From contig JBAZXG010000005.1 of assembly GCA_041660005.1 (NCBI GenBank), positions 4,064 through 68,063 of the forward strand: a DNA stretch of 64,000 nucleotides, given 5' to 3'. Within the stretch, counting starts at the first letter, position 1, and each line of letters begins with the position of its first letter. The notes below the pieces were generated by a model. The model had not been told where the DNA came from. It did no database searches and worked only from the letters and a program-made list of their open reading frames with translations. The DNA is from Patescibacteria group bacterium. Its GTDB lineage: Bacteria > Patescibacteriota > Patescibacteriia > GWA2-46-9. The position numbers and the translations under genes were made by a program. Positions 27,644 through 37,649 of this stretch are shown piece after piece.

Positions 27644-27883
27644 TTATGACTTTTTTACGAAAAAATACGACACCAAAAAAGTCATAACAAAAACCACCAA
27701 GTAACGACCAACTAAAAATGCACCGCAGCTAAAAAAATATTGCCAAGGATTCAAGTATTGAGCAGTGCACTCAAAAGCAATGACCCCTGTGTTTCTGAGC
27801 AGTGCGTAAACAAGACTAACGCCGAGCGCGACCCAAGCAGACGTTTTAATTGCTTTTAAATTTTCTTTAATATAATCATTCAT
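27644..27883 (-). CDS. Hypothetical small membrane protein
   Basis: 79 aa with 2 TM, between pyrG and surE. Confidence 0.4.
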   Translation of the reverse strand: MNDYIKENLKAIKTSAWVALGVSLVYALLRNTGVIAFECTAQYLNPWQYFFSCGAFLVGRYLVVFVMTFLVSYFFVKKS

Positions 27884-27885
27884 GG

Positions 27886-29535
27886 CTACCTCTTTGTTGC
27901 CACTTTCGATTTTTTAAACCGGCACTTGTCAGCGGCCTCAATGAATGCGGCGAAAAGTGGATTTGGCGCAACAGGGCGTGAGGTAAACTCCGGGTGAAAC
28001 TGAACACCAACAAAAAAAGGATGCTTGATGAGCTCAATAATTTCCACAAGTTTGTTATCCGGAGAAACACCTGCCATTCTCATACCCTTCTTTTCGAATA
28101 GTTCTCTATACTTGTTATTAAATTCGTAGCGATGACGGTGGCGCTCCGTGATATTTCGTTTGCCATACGCCTTCCTGCTAATCGAGTCCGAGGCCAGCAC
28201 AGCTGGGTACGCGCCGAGTCTCATGGTCGCTCCATAATTTTTTTGCTTCAGCTTTTCGACCTGTTCAAGCATAACGTGAATGACGTTGTTCTTAGAATTT
28301 GTACCAGCTTCCTCCGTATTTGCATCGTTTAACTTACAAATATTTCTGGCAAATTCAATTGCCGCCAGTTGCATACCCAAACAAAGCCCAAAGAAAGGTA
28401 TGTTATGCTCGCGGACGTACTCTATGGCTCGAATCTTACCCTCTAAACCTCTCGTACCAAAGCCACCTGGGACAATCACCCCATCAAACTCATCCAGCTC
28501 TTTTAATTTACGTTTGTCATGCTCATAGCTCTCAGCGTTTAACCACGTAATTTCGGGCTTCCTATTGGCCTGCCAGGCGGCGTGGCGAATGGCTTCAATG
28601 ACTGAAATATAAGAGTCAGACAAGGTGAAATCACCCGTCCCGAAATACTTACCAACAATACCAATTTTTACAGGCGTCTTGGCTCGTTTAATCTTACTCA
28701 CAAGCTCCTTCCACTCTTTCATGTCTCTGGTTCGAGATTTCAAGCTTAACGCTTCAAGTAATTTATCGCTCAATTTTTCCCGTTCATAAATGACTGGTAT
28801 ATCGTAGATAGACTCCACATCTGGAGCTGAAATAGCATTACCTTCTTTGATGCCACAAAATATGGCCAGTCTTTTCCGGCGCGGTTCATCAATGGGCTTT
28901 TCGGCTCGACACAAAATAAAATCGGGTTGCAGTCCGGCAGAGTTTAGTGATCGCGAAGCATACTGTGTCGGCTTTGTTTTCATCTCTCCAATTGATCGCG
29001 GTATCGGCAAGTAACTAACGAGTACCAAAGCAATATCTTTTGGATATTTCAACTTCATCATACGGATTGCCTCGAGGAACAAAATATTTTGATACTCCCC
29101 TACTGTTCCGCCAATTTCTATGATGGTAATATCGGCCTTGTTCTTTTTACCGGCAACTTGAATGCGCCGAATAATTTCGTTAGGAATATCAGGAACAACT
29201 TCAACGTCCTCTCCGGCATAGCCGAGGTTGCGCTCTTTTTCAATGACCGTTTTATAAACTTGACCCGTAGTAATGTAATTGTCTCTCGTGCTCGTTACAC
29301 CCGTAAACCGCTCGTAATTCCCTAAATCCTGATCTGCCTCAATACCATCTTCACCAACGAATACTTCTCCGTGCTCAGTTGGCCGGATAGTCCCTGCGTC
29401 AATGTTGATATACATGTCGCATTTAACAAGGGATACTTTATATCCCCGACCTTGAAGAATGCGGCCAATAGACGCGGTTGATACGCCCTTACCAACACTC
29501 GACATAACCCCGCCGACCACGAATATGTATTTCAT
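27886..29535 (-). CDS. pyrG: CTP synthase
   Basis: 549 aa. N-terminal synthase domain MKYIFVVGGVMSSVGKGV and a C-terminal GATase domain with GLCLGMQ. Confidence 0.95.
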   Translation of the reverse strand: MKYIFVVGGVMSSVGKGVSTASIGRILQGRGYKVSLVKCDMYINIDAGTIRPTEHGEVFVGEDGIEADQDLGNYERFTGVTSTRDNYITTGQVYKTVIEKERNLGYAGEDVEVVPDIPNEIIRRIQVAGKKNKADITIIEIGGTVGEYQNILFLEAIRMMKLKYPKDIALVLVSYLPIPRSIGEMKTKPTQYASRSLNSAGLQPDFILCRAEKPIDEPRRKRLAIFCGIKEGNAISAPDVESIYDIPVIYEREKLSDKLLEALSLKSRTRDMKEWKELVSKIKRAKTPVKIGIVGKYFGTGDFTLSDSYISVIEAIRHAAWQANRKPEITWLNAESYEHDKRKLKELDEFDGVIVPGGFGTRGLEGKIRAIEYVREHNIPFFGLCLGMQLAAIEFARNICKLNDANTEEAGTNSKNNVIHVMLEQVEKLKQKNYGATMRLGAYPAVLASDSISRKAYGKRNITERHRHRYEFNNKYRELFEKKGMRMAGVSPDNKLVEIIELIKHPFFVGVQFHPEFTSRPVAPNPLFAAFIEAADKCRFKKSKVATKR

Positions 29536-29538
29536 AAA

Positions 29539-29985
29539 TTATCTTTCCTCTAGTATAGAAAGAGATATGACTGCCTGTCCACTATGCGGCACTGAAATAG
29601 TCACCTTATGCTTTCCTACTGTTTTTATTGGCTCGAGTAATTGCACTGCTGTTTCCGGAACGATAAACTTCTTTTTTTCAAGTAGCGCGACAATATCAGT
29701 TGCATGCAAGGCAGAAAACAAACGACCCTGTTCGCTACTTTTTTTTGATGTAGTAAACTCTTTCCCTTGAAGACGCTGGAGTACCTTTGCAAGACCCGCC
29801 TGTTTTGCTGCTGCACTACCCTCCCGCTGTTTCTTATGGGTGGCCAGATCATCGAGGCGCTGCTTTGTCGCTACTTCGGCCAACTGCCGGGGGAAAAGGA
29901 AATTCCTAGCATACCCTTCGCTCACTTCGCAGACAGTTTCCGCGTTGCCAAGCGTAGGAACAGTTCTTTTTAAAATCACTTTCAT
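29539..29985 (-). CDS. rplI: 50S ribosomal protein L9
   Basis: MKVILKRTVPTLGNAETVCEVSEGYARNFLFPRQLA is the canonical L9 N-domain. 148 aa. Confidence 0.9.
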   Translation of the reverse strand: MKVILKRTVPTLGNAETVCEVSEGYARNFLFPRQLAEVATKQRLDDLATHKKQREGSAAAKQAGLAKVLQRLQGKEFTTSKKSSEQGRLFSALHATDIVALLEKKKFIVPETAVQLLEPIKTVGKHKVTISVPHSGQAVISLSILEER

Positions 29986-31256
29986 GGCTTCTTACTCAGG
30001 AGCTCTAACGCCCGCTCGAGGACAGCATCAGAGTCCTTGGGGGCAGATTCAGCTACTTTTACTAGAACATCTGGAGCAATCCCGCCATCTGCTATAGATC
30101 GCCCCTTAGGCGTCAACCATTTAGCAACGGTTATTTTCACCGCCGACCCGTCGCTTAGTTGCCGTAGCTCCTGCACAGAACCCTTACCAAAGGTATTTTC
30201 ACCAATGAGCGTCGCCAGTTGATCATCCTGCAGTGCACCAGCAACAATCTCAGCGGCACTTGCACTGCCACCATTAACGATAACAATCGTCGGCTTACCG
30301 TTTAATTTTGCCACACCTTGGTGCTGGTGTTCGTTCGTTGCTCCGCCTTTAAATTGTTCAATGACAATCGGGCCGTCATTCACCCAGTAACTTGCAATAT
30401 CAACTGCGCTATCCAAAAAACCGCCCGGGTTGTTTCGTAAGTCAAGAATAATACCCTTAGGGTCACTCGCGAGCATGGTGTCTACCGCCTTACTAAAATT
30501 TTTCGTCGTATCTTCATTAAAATGTGTGACATTGATATAGGCAATGTTCTTCGGTCCTTTTGTGGTCGCAGAAATGAGTTTACTCTCAACAGAAGCAATG
30601 GTAATGGTGTCTCGAGTTACTGAAACGTCAAAAACGCGATGCTCGCCGTTAACGCGTTCTAAACGCAGTGCTACCTGAGTACCGCGCCGTCCGCGAATAC
30701 GAGAAACGGCCTCTACTAAACTCATGCCCGTGGTATCGGTGTTGTCTATGGCTCGAATGATATCGCCCGTTTTTATATCTGCTTTGTCAGCTGGTGTATT
30801 GGCCAATGGCGCAATCACCACGAGTTGGTCTTTCTTAACGCCGATTTCCATGCCAATCCCCTCAAAGCTACCGGAAAGTTCAGACGAAAAATCAGCGGCA
30901 GTTTTTGGATCAAGAAAAACTGTGTACGGATCTCCAACGCCTGCCACTAGTCCGGTAAGTGCGCCATAAAATAATTTGGTATCAGAGAGAGGTCGCGAAA
31001 CATAATTGTTCTGCAACAAATCCCATATCTGCCAAAAAAGAGAAAAATCAACATCGTTTGAAAGATAGGCGGGCGAGGGTGTTGTTTTTCCAGACAGCGA
31101 TCCGCTCCCTAATGCCTCTTGTGCACCTTTCGCTTTACCACTTTTATAACCTGCGGAAAAAAAAGCTACCAAGAGAACCAGGACTCCCAGGACCGCAAAA
31201 AACTTCCTACGTGAGGAAGTGGAGTTGTTGTGCAACGTCGCGAGAAGTTCAGGCAT
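29982..31256 (-). CDS. Carboxyl-terminal processing protease (S41 family) with PDZ domain
   Basis: S41 motifs: GVAKLNGKPTIVIVNGGSASAAEIVAGALQD (catalytic Ser), the TFGKGSVQ Lys block, and a PDZ domain. The start is taken at M35 (31256), which is followed by a signal/TM sequence. Confidence 0.85.
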   Translation of the reverse strand: MPELLATLHNNSTSSRRKFFAVLGVLVLLVAFFSAGYKSGKAKGAQEALGSGSLSGKTTPSPAYLSNDVDFSLFWQIWDLLQNNYVSRPLSDTKLFYGALTGLVAGVGDPYTVFLDPKTAADFSSELSGSFEGIGMEIGVKKDQLVVIAPLANTPADKADIKTGDIIRAIDNTDTTGMSLVEAVSRIRGRRGTQVALRLERVNGEHRVFDVSVTRDTITIASVESKLISATTKGPKNIAYINVTHFNEDTTKNFSKAVDTMLASDPKGIILDLRNNPGGFLDSAVDIASYWVNDGPIVIEQFKGGATNEHQHQGVAKLNGKPTIVIVNGGSASAAEIVAGALQDDQLATLIGENTFGKGSVQELRQLSDGSAVKITVAKWLTPKGRSIADGGIAPDVLVKVAESAPKDSDAVLERALELLSKKP

Positions 31257-31346
31257 AGGTGAATAGTAGCAGACGGTAAGAGCCTGCGTCAAAGCGGGTT
31301 GCCGGTACTGCCTCTTTTCTGCTACGATGCACGCAACAGAACCATT

Positions 31347-32603
31347 ATGCACCAACAATTTCGCATTTTAGGGGGTCAAGAACTCAGTGGCAGTATTGCT
31401 GTGCAGGGAGCCAAAAATTCTGGCCTAAAGATTATGGCCGCCGCACTACTCTCTGATGACCCCTGTACGATAACCAACTTGCCGGCAATTGAGGACATTG
31501 AGCGCATGAAAGAACTATTGATATCAGTCGGCGCAAAAATAAGTAGCGAGTCCGATGGATTTCGCATTGCAGCAGCAGGTAACCTTCTCTCAACACTACA
31601 ACCGGAGTTAGCTGGAAAACTTCGCGCTTCGGCAATTCTTGCCGGTCCTCTGCTTGCCCGCACTGGCGAAGTTTTTTTACCTTTTCCTGGCGGTTGCAAT
31701 TTGGGTGAGCGACCTATTGATATTTTTCTTGATGCATTCAAAGCGCTCGGTGCTGAAGAAGAAGCTTCAGACAACGGCGTTCGCATTACCGCACCCCACG
31801 GCCTCAAAGGCGCAAACATACTTCTCCCACGCGTTAGTGTAACCGTTACTGAAACGGCAATGATGACTGCTGCTCTAGCCACAGGAACAACGGTTATCAA
31901 AAATGCCGCCATGGAACCAGAGATTCCCGCGCTTGCCGAATATCTCACTACTCACGGCGCTTCAATTACCGGAGCCGGGACGAGCACGATTACGATTCAT
32001 GGAGTAAAGAAAATTGGTGGCGGAGTTGTGACTTTGATTCCTGACCGCATTGAGGCGGGCACGTTTGTCATGATGGGCCTACTCACAAATAGTGAAATTA
32101 CCGTGACCAACGTACAGCCCGAACATTTGGAAAATTTGTGGTTACAACTTGAACGCGCGGGAGCCGAGTTCACTATTCACGACAACAGCGTCAGCACAAA
32201 GCACCATCGCGGGCTTGTCGCCAAAGATATAACGACGCATGAATATCCTGGTTTTGCCACGGACCTACAAGCGCCCTACACCGTACTCATGACGCAAGCA
32301 AAGGGACTATCGCTTATTCATGAGACTATTTTTTCTGGAAGACTTTTTTATACAGATTTGCTGCGCTCCATGGGCGCGAATGTCATTATGTGCGACCCGC
32401 ATCGCGTTATTATTAATGGACCAACAAAACTACGGGGCAGATTTTTGACGAGCCCCGACATCCGCGCTGGTATAGCTCTTATTCTAGCGGGGCTCGCGGC
32501 AAATGGCGAAACAAAGATTGACAATGTTTACCAGATTGATCGGGGCTATCAAAATATTGTAGAACGTTTACAAAAGTTGGGAGCAAACATTACCCGAGAA
32601 TAA
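31347..32603 (+). CDS. murA: UDP-N-acetylglucosamine 1-carboxyvinyltransferase MurA
   Basis: MHQQFRILGGQELSGSIAVQGAKNSGLKIMAAALL is the canonical MurA start. The start is taken at M17 of the track ORF. Confidence 0.9.
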   Translation: MHQQFRILGGQELSGSIAVQGAKNSGLKIMAAALLSDDPCTITNLPAIEDIERMKELLISVGAKISSESDGFRIAAAGNLLSTLQPELAGKLRASAILAGPLLARTGEVFLPFPGGCNLGERPIDIFLDAFKALGAEEEASDNGVRITAPHGLKGANILLPRVSVTVTETAMMTAALATGTTVIKNAAMEPEIPALAEYLTTHGASITGAGTSTITIHGVKKIGGGVVTLIPDRIEAGTFVMMGLLTNSEITVTNVQPEHLENLWLQLERAGAEFTIHDNSVSTKHHRGLVAKDITTHEYPGFATDLQAPYTVLMTQAKGLSLIHETIFSGRLFYTDLLRSMGANVIMCDPHRVIINGPTKLRGRFLTSPDIRAGIALILAGLAANGETKIDNVYQIDRGYQNIVERLQKLGANITRE

Positions 32604-32607
32604 AAAG

Positions 32608-33984
32608 TTGGTTACTATGAACTTTACTGTGCGTCGAAGGATTTTTTGGTCTTTCATCATTTCTTTTTTTGTATTGTCGCCATTCATTATTCTGTATACA
32701 GCCGGCTATCGTTTAGCGAAAAACGAATTTGGCGTTGTTAAAACGGGAACAATCATCATCTCCACTGACCCGCGTCAAGCTTCGATTAGTATCAATGGAA
32801 AGGATACCAGCAAGACAACTCCGACTTTGCTTAGAGGTTTACAACCAGGTCGTTATGATATTGGTTTAACGAAGGTCGGCTACCTACCATGGAGTAAACG
32901 CCTCGACGTTACGGCTGACCAAGCCACTTTTGCAAGTAATATCCGTCTCTTTAAAAGCGCAGCGCCACTGCTGCGCCTTAAAGGAAACTCCATCGCAATG
33001 TGGTCAAAGGCAAATGGAACGCAGACGTTGATCATAGAGAACGATAACAGCGACCCGCACATTTATCACTTGTCTTTACTGCCTCGTATCCCTTCCTCAC
33101 CCCTTGTGCCTATTGCTACTGTCAACGGCTCGTCTGTTACACCAATCGACTGGTCACCAGACGAAACGAAAATTATTCTGCAAGTTGACCAGAGTTGGAT
33201 GATTGTCAATTTAGCAACATTACAAAGTTCGTCGCTCAAAACAACCGACGTTCCTGAAGGTACTTTTACATTACGCTTTTCCCAAAATAACTCCCTTTAC
33301 GCGGCGACCCATAAACAACTTTTTTTACTAGAAAAGGGAACAAATAGTTACGATCCAAAGCCAGAGAGAAATCCCATTAGTGCCCTAGGAAAAAATGCGC
33401 ACATTACTGACTTCTGGATAGACGCGGATCGGATATACGAGGCTATCTCGCTTGATGCTTCCAAGTCAGTGCTCCGAATTTCAAAAAATAGTTCGCTAAA
33501 CACAGAAATGACCACCCTACCAGATAGTGGTGACTACCACTATCTGGCGAGTGACAGCAATACGCTTATCCTTGAACACCAAGGAGATTTAAGTCTATAC
33601 AATATAACCTCTGAGACACCGTCGCTCCTTAAAACCATATCCAGCGCAAACACTGCGGTCATTGGAGACAATGGTGAAATTCTTTATAGTAATGGCTTTG
33701 AACTGCAACGGTATGCCCCTCTAACAAACACCAGTACCTTATTGCTGCGCTCAGCGCAGTCAATCAAAAAATTGGCTTGGCTGGCTGACAGCCGCCATGT
33801 GCTTTTTGCGTCTGACCAAGGGATATCAGTTGTCGACACACAACGTCCGGAGCCTTACACCACTTGGATGATAAGCCCACTATTGAGTCTCCAAAATTAT
33901 GCTACGACGACAGATGCGACTGCTCTTTATTTCGCAGGTACATTACCAGATGGAACGGCAGGATTGTTTGAGCAGCCATTATAG
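32608..33984 (+). CDS. PEGA domain protein, membrane-anchored with C-terminal beta-rich domain
   Basis: 458 aa. N-terminal TM, PEGA motif ISINGKDTSKTTPTLLRGLQPGRYDIGLTKVGYLPWS, and a repeat-rich C-terminal region. Confidence 0.6.
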   Translation: MVTMNFTVRRRIFWSFIISFFVLSPFIILYTAGYRLAKNEFGVVKTGTIIISTDPRQASISINGKDTSKTTPTLLRGLQPGRYDIGLTKVGYLPWSKRLDVTADQATFASNIRLFKSAAPLLRLKGNSIAMWSKANGTQTLIIENDNSDPHIYHLSLLPRIPSSPLVPIATVNGSSVTPIDWSPDETKIILQVDQSWMIVNLATLQSSSLKTTDVPEGTFTLRFSQNNSLYAATHKQLFLLEKGTNSYDPKPERNPISALGKNAHITDFWIDADRIYEAISLDASKSVLRISKNSSLNTEMTTLPDSGDYHYLASDSNTLILEHQGDLSLYNITSETPSLLKTISSANTAVIGDNGEILYSNGFELQRYAPLTNTSTLLLRSAQSIKKLAWLADSRHVLFASDQGISVVDTQRPEPYTTWMISPLLSLQNYATTTDATALYFAGTLPDGTAGLFEQPL

Positions 33985-33989
33985 TATTG

Positions 33990-34159
33990 CTTATTGCCGA
34001 GGATAGCGAGTGAAGTGCGCATAGCAATATGCATTTCCGAGCGACGCAGGTATCAAAGGGTTTAATACCCCGCGTGGCTATGCCACGCTAACTCTCTCAC
34101 TCCACCAACTAGCGGGTTGAGGAGTCCAGGGCTTTGCCCTGGGGTTAATACCATTTATT
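33990..34159 (+). repeat. Copy 2 of ~170-nt structured intergenic repeat
   Basis: Begins TTATTGCCGAGGATAGCGAGTGAAG and ends GGGGTTAATACCATTTATT. It has hairpins TGCATA-gcaa-TATGCA, GCGTGGC-TAT-GCCACGC and CCAGGGC-TTT-GCCCTGG. It starts 6 nt after the stop of the 32608..33984 gene. Confidence 0.8.
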
Positions 34160-34214
34160 GCCAAGGATTGCGAATTGAGAACTATTTAAAACTTTGCCCT
34201 GGGATTAATACCCT
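34155..34214 (+). repeat. Internally deleted mini-derivative of the repeat, tandem to copy 2
   Basis: TTATTGCCAAGGATTGCGAATTGAG matches the element 5' end. CTTTGCCCTGGGATTAATACCCTCTAC matches the element 3' end. It abuts the VanW-like stop at 34215. Confidence 0.6.
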
Positions 34215-36059
34215 CTACTCAACGACAACAGGCGCTGCTTCGTTTGTTACGCTCGTTATCGCGCTATTCATTTTTTTTGCTTCCAGAGTGTCCGATCCGA
34301 CGAGCCAACGCTCCGGCCAAGGACGGTAGTAGCTCTTGAATTCTTGATTTATAACGTGTCCGTCGCCATACGTCACCGTATATTTTGCAATTGCGGACCC
34401 TCCAGGATGCGCATGTTCAAGCAATTTTTTTTCATTAGCGCCAATGGTGTCCGATTCAACATAAATTGGGTCCCCGGATGGAATGCTACTCAGTGTATGT
34501 GGTCCGTCCACAACTGACTGGCGGCCATCTTTTGTACCATAGAGATCGAAGGTTATAAGTAGTCCTTCAACTCGACCAACAATCAAAAGAGAATTGGCGG
34601 TGTCGTTACGGAACCGAAGGTCGGGACGCGGTGAGTAAATCGTGGCGTCTAAACCAGGGCCGATACGCACACCGTTGCCATCCTTTTCATAGTAACTAAC
34701 TCTATAGGAATGATTTTGCCTGGCCGTTATGGGCAAACCCGCGTTTAAAAGCGAACGAAATAAAGTGGTTGACACCTGACACAACCCCCCACCAAACTCA
34801 GGCACCGTTCTGTCTCCTTTGATGACGAGTTCGGGTAAATACCCAGTTGTATTGTCTATACTCCCTAACGATTGTAAGGTTGAAAATTCTTCACCCGGCT
34901 TGACAAGTAAGCCCGACAAAAACCGAGTACCGTTTTTAATGTTTGCGATGCGATTTTTTGGACTACCGGAGAAACTCGTGGTTGCAGTTCCAATCAACTC
35001 TCGGATGCCAAGGTCAGCAGCAGAGCCATCTATGACTGGCTCTCGCACTGAGACAGGCAAAGACAGCTCACTCACTTCCTCCTGACCTTGCAATCGTACC
35101 TGTAATGCCTGGGTGAGTAGTAGAATGGTATCCTCCTCTTGCAATGTTCGTCCTGGCTGGGGTGCAGAAAACGAAACCACCTGATTTTCGTTGACTACAA
35201 CTTGCAAATTCTTTGCTGTGGTGTTCATTTTATCCGCGAGGTCAGCAACAAACTTACTTAACGCTACGGTATCGAAATGAACCGTCAGCTTATTACCTTC
35301 AGATGCAGATGCAACAAAACTGCCGAGTTCTTCACGCGTTACTGTATAGCGATTACCCTGGTAAACAAGAACAAGCGGCTTACCAATAACGCGCTTAACA
35401 GCATTAACCGCATCCGCCACTGTTCCGGGGTCAATACTCGGCTGTGTTGAAATTTTTTCTACAACGAGCGGCTGAAACTCTAGTTCAGCAGCTGAAGCCA
35501 GCAGATCATTACGCAATTTCTGCTGATCTATAATGAGGCCCGGTTTCGTATCCTTCAGTACGTTAACGTTCGTACCGTTAATTGACAAACGAATATCACG
35601 ACCAGGTTCGTCGTAAAGGGTAGCAATATCAGCAATCTCGCTCGTTAGCGCCACTTCATCAATACTAAGCGGAGCGGCTAATCGGGTACCTACAAAAAAG
35701 TTTTTCGAAGATTCGTTGATTCGGTGTAGTATGTCCCCTCTACGGCCAACACTCATCGCCTGCTTAACCGCCGCCGACCCGTCAATATTCAAACCAAACT
35801 GCTGCAAATGAATAACTTGGGTTTCGCTGTCAAATTTTAATGGTATGCCAACATCGTGAAGAGCTCTCAACCTCGCGCTAACTTTTGCTTCAGCCACAGT
35901 TGCCGAAAGCCCACCAACGTCGACGTTGCCTACAGAGACATTGGGTAAAACATGACCTGCATAGGCAACTCTATACAGAATCACGACTGCAGTAAGCGCA
36001 ATAAAGAGCGCCGCAGTGAGCAAAGCTAATTTTCTACCGATTGTTGTTAGTATCGCCAT
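34215..36059 (-). CDS. VanW family protein
   Basis: 614 aa with an N-terminal TM. The C-terminal VanW-domain signature EFGGGLCQVSTTLFRSLLNAGLPI. Confidence 0.7.
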   Translation of the reverse strand: MAILTTIGRKLALLTAALFIALTAVVILYRVAYAGHVLPNVSVGNVDVGGLSATVAEAKVSARLRALHDVGIPLKFDSETQVIHLQQFGLNIDGSAAVKQAMSVGRRGDILHRINESSKNFFVGTRLAAPLSIDEVALTSEIADIATLYDEPGRDIRLSINGTNVNVLKDTKPGLIIDQQKLRNDLLASAAELEFQPLVVEKISTQPSIDPGTVADAVNAVKRVIGKPLVLVYQGNRYTVTREELGSFVASASEGNKLTVHFDTVALSKFVADLADKMNTTAKNLQVVVNENQVVSFSAPQPGRTLQEEDTILLLTQALQVRLQGQEEVSELSLPVSVREPVIDGSAADLGIRELIGTATTSFSGSPKNRIANIKNGTRFLSGLLVKPGEEFSTLQSLGSIDNTTGYLPELVIKGDRTVPEFGGGLCQVSTTLFRSLLNAGLPITARQNHSYRVSYYEKDGNGVRIGPGLDATIYSPRPDLRFRNDTANSLLIVGRVEGLLITFDLYGTKDGRQSVVDGPHTLSSIPSGDPIYVESDTIGANEKKLLEHAHPGGSAIAKYTVTYGDGHVINQEFKSYYRPWPERWLVGSDTLEAKKMNSAITSVTNEAAPVVVE

Positions 36060-36091
36060 GGACGGCTTCGAACCTACCGCCCGCCACTCTG

Positions 36092-36868
36092 TTACTTTTG
36101 ACCGGCGGCTTTTGCTGAATCAATAATTGTTTGCAATTGCGCCAAAGGAACTGCCCCGTTAACTGGAGTATTCTGACCATTAGCAATGATTACCGAATAG
36201 GGCGTTCCACTACCTCCAGCAGCAACCGCTTCATCGTACTGACTCTGAACCTTCTGAGTATAGCGACCGCTTGCCAGACAGTCATTGAAAGCCTTTTCGT
36301 TTAAACCAACAGCTGTAGCTATTTTTGGAAGTTCTGTCTCCGGTAATGAATTATTCGAACCAGTGCGGTTGAACATCTCGTCGAGATATGCCCAAAATTT
36401 ATCGTTACCACCAAGCTCACCCGCACATTCAGTTGCTTCCGCTTCATGTGGTGCCTTGCTGTGGAGAGAGGCTAAAGGAAAGTGCCGGTACACCCAGGCC
36501 ATAGTACCCTTATTGTTTTGGTATAATTGCTCCATGGTTGCATGGAACTGCTTACAGAACGGGCACTCAGTATCAGAATACTCAACGACGACAATGGACG
36601 CATTCACGTCGCCTCGAATGTGATCTTTATCCGTAACCGCAGCAACACTAACAGGCGCTGCTGGATTCGCTGCTGCATCTGTCGGCTGATCGACAACCGC
36701 ATTCTTCTGCGCACTCGGTGCAAAGACTGCTGACTTCGGAAATGTCTTTCCGTTGACAAATTGGCTGAGTAAAACAATGAAACCGACGGTACAAACCGCC
36801 ATAATGCCTCCAACCACTCCTGCAATGAACGCCGTCTTGGGGTTCATGTTCTTAAAAAATTCATTCAT
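36092..36868 (-). CDS. DsbA/thioredoxin-family thiol:disulfide oxidoreductase, membrane-anchored
   Basis: 258 aa with an N-terminal TM and the thioredoxin active site CPFCKQFH. Confidence 0.75.
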   Translation of the reverse strand: MNEFFKNMNPKTAFIAGVVGGIMAVCTVGFIVLLSQFVNGKTFPKSAVFAPSAQKNAVVDQPTDAAANPAAPVSVAAVTDKDHIRGDVNASIVVVEYSDTECPFCKQFHATMEQLYQNNKGTMAWVYRHFPLASLHSKAPHEAEATECAGELGGNDKFWAYLDEMFNRTGSNNSLPETELPKIATAVGLNEKAFNDCLASGRYTQKVQSQYDEAVAAGGSGTPYSVIIANGQNTPVNGAVPLAQLQTIIDSAKAAGQK

Positions 36869-36914
36869 AATAATAATTAATTAACTTCGCACTAGTATAG
36901 CACGCTTCTAATGA

Positions 36915-37649
36915 TTATACAGAAAATCCTTTACTATGACTAGCGAGAAGCACATTTGCACGCAGCAACGAATCAAAGGTACCGGCATCGGTCCACTCAC
37001 CGCGCACAACTTCAAAGGTCATCGTACTATTCTTTATGTAGGCATTATTGACATCTGTAATCTCCAGCTCTCCGCGACCCGATGGCTCAAGCGTCTCAAT
37101 GACTTCAAAAACATTTTTATCGTAAAAGTAGAGACCGGTAACTGCTAAATTACTTTTGGGAACGCGGGGTTTTTCCTCAATGCCGACGATCCTGTCTCCT
37201 GAAACTTCGGCAACGCCAAAACGCGGCGCATCGGTTACTTCTTTCAACATAACTTTCGCCCCTGCCGTTTGATGTTTAAAATCCTGTGCTGCTTTATGAA
37301 TCTGCGTGAGATCGGTAAAAATGTTGTCCCCTAAAATAACCATGATCTTGCCGCTGTCAGAGAAATCTTTCGCTAAACCAAGAGCCTCAGCAATACCGCC
37401 CGGTTCTTCCTGGACTTCGTAAGAGAGCCGCACCTTAAACTCCCGCCCGGAACCAAGCAGGTTCAAAAAATGGCCAGCATGCTCTGGCCCTGAAACAATC
37501 AAGATATCCTTGACGCCTGCCGCAGCCAACGTTTGCAGAGGAAAATAAATCATCGGCCGATCAAAAACGGGCAGAAGATGTTTGTTGGTAACTTTTGTGA
37601 GCGGGAAGAGCCGGCTGCCGGTTCCACCAGCAAGTATGACGCCTTTCAT
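36915..37649 (-). CDS. rmlA: Glucose-1-phosphate thymidylyltransferase (short form)
   Basis: MKGVILAGGTGSRLFPLTKVTNKHLLPVFDRPMIYFPLQTL matches the RmlA N-terminus. 244 aa. Cluster context with rmlBCD. Confidence 0.8.
   Translation of the reverse strand: MKGVILAGGTGSRLFPLTKVTNKHLLPVFDRPMIYFPLQTLAAAGVKDILIVSGPEHAGHFLNLLGSGREFKVRLSYEVQEEPGGIAEALGLAKDFSDSGKIMVILGDNIFTDLTQIHKAAQDFKHQTAGAKVMLKEVTDAPRFGVAEVSGDRIVGIEEKPRVPKSNLAVTGLYFYDKNVFEVIETLEPSGRGELEITDVNNAYIKNSTMTFEVVRGEWTDAGTFDSLLRANVLLASHSKGFSV

Noticed and set aside
31376-31948. 190-aa minus-strand ORF overlapping murA
   Set aside because: Fully embedded antisense to a well-supported murA frame. No independent signals.
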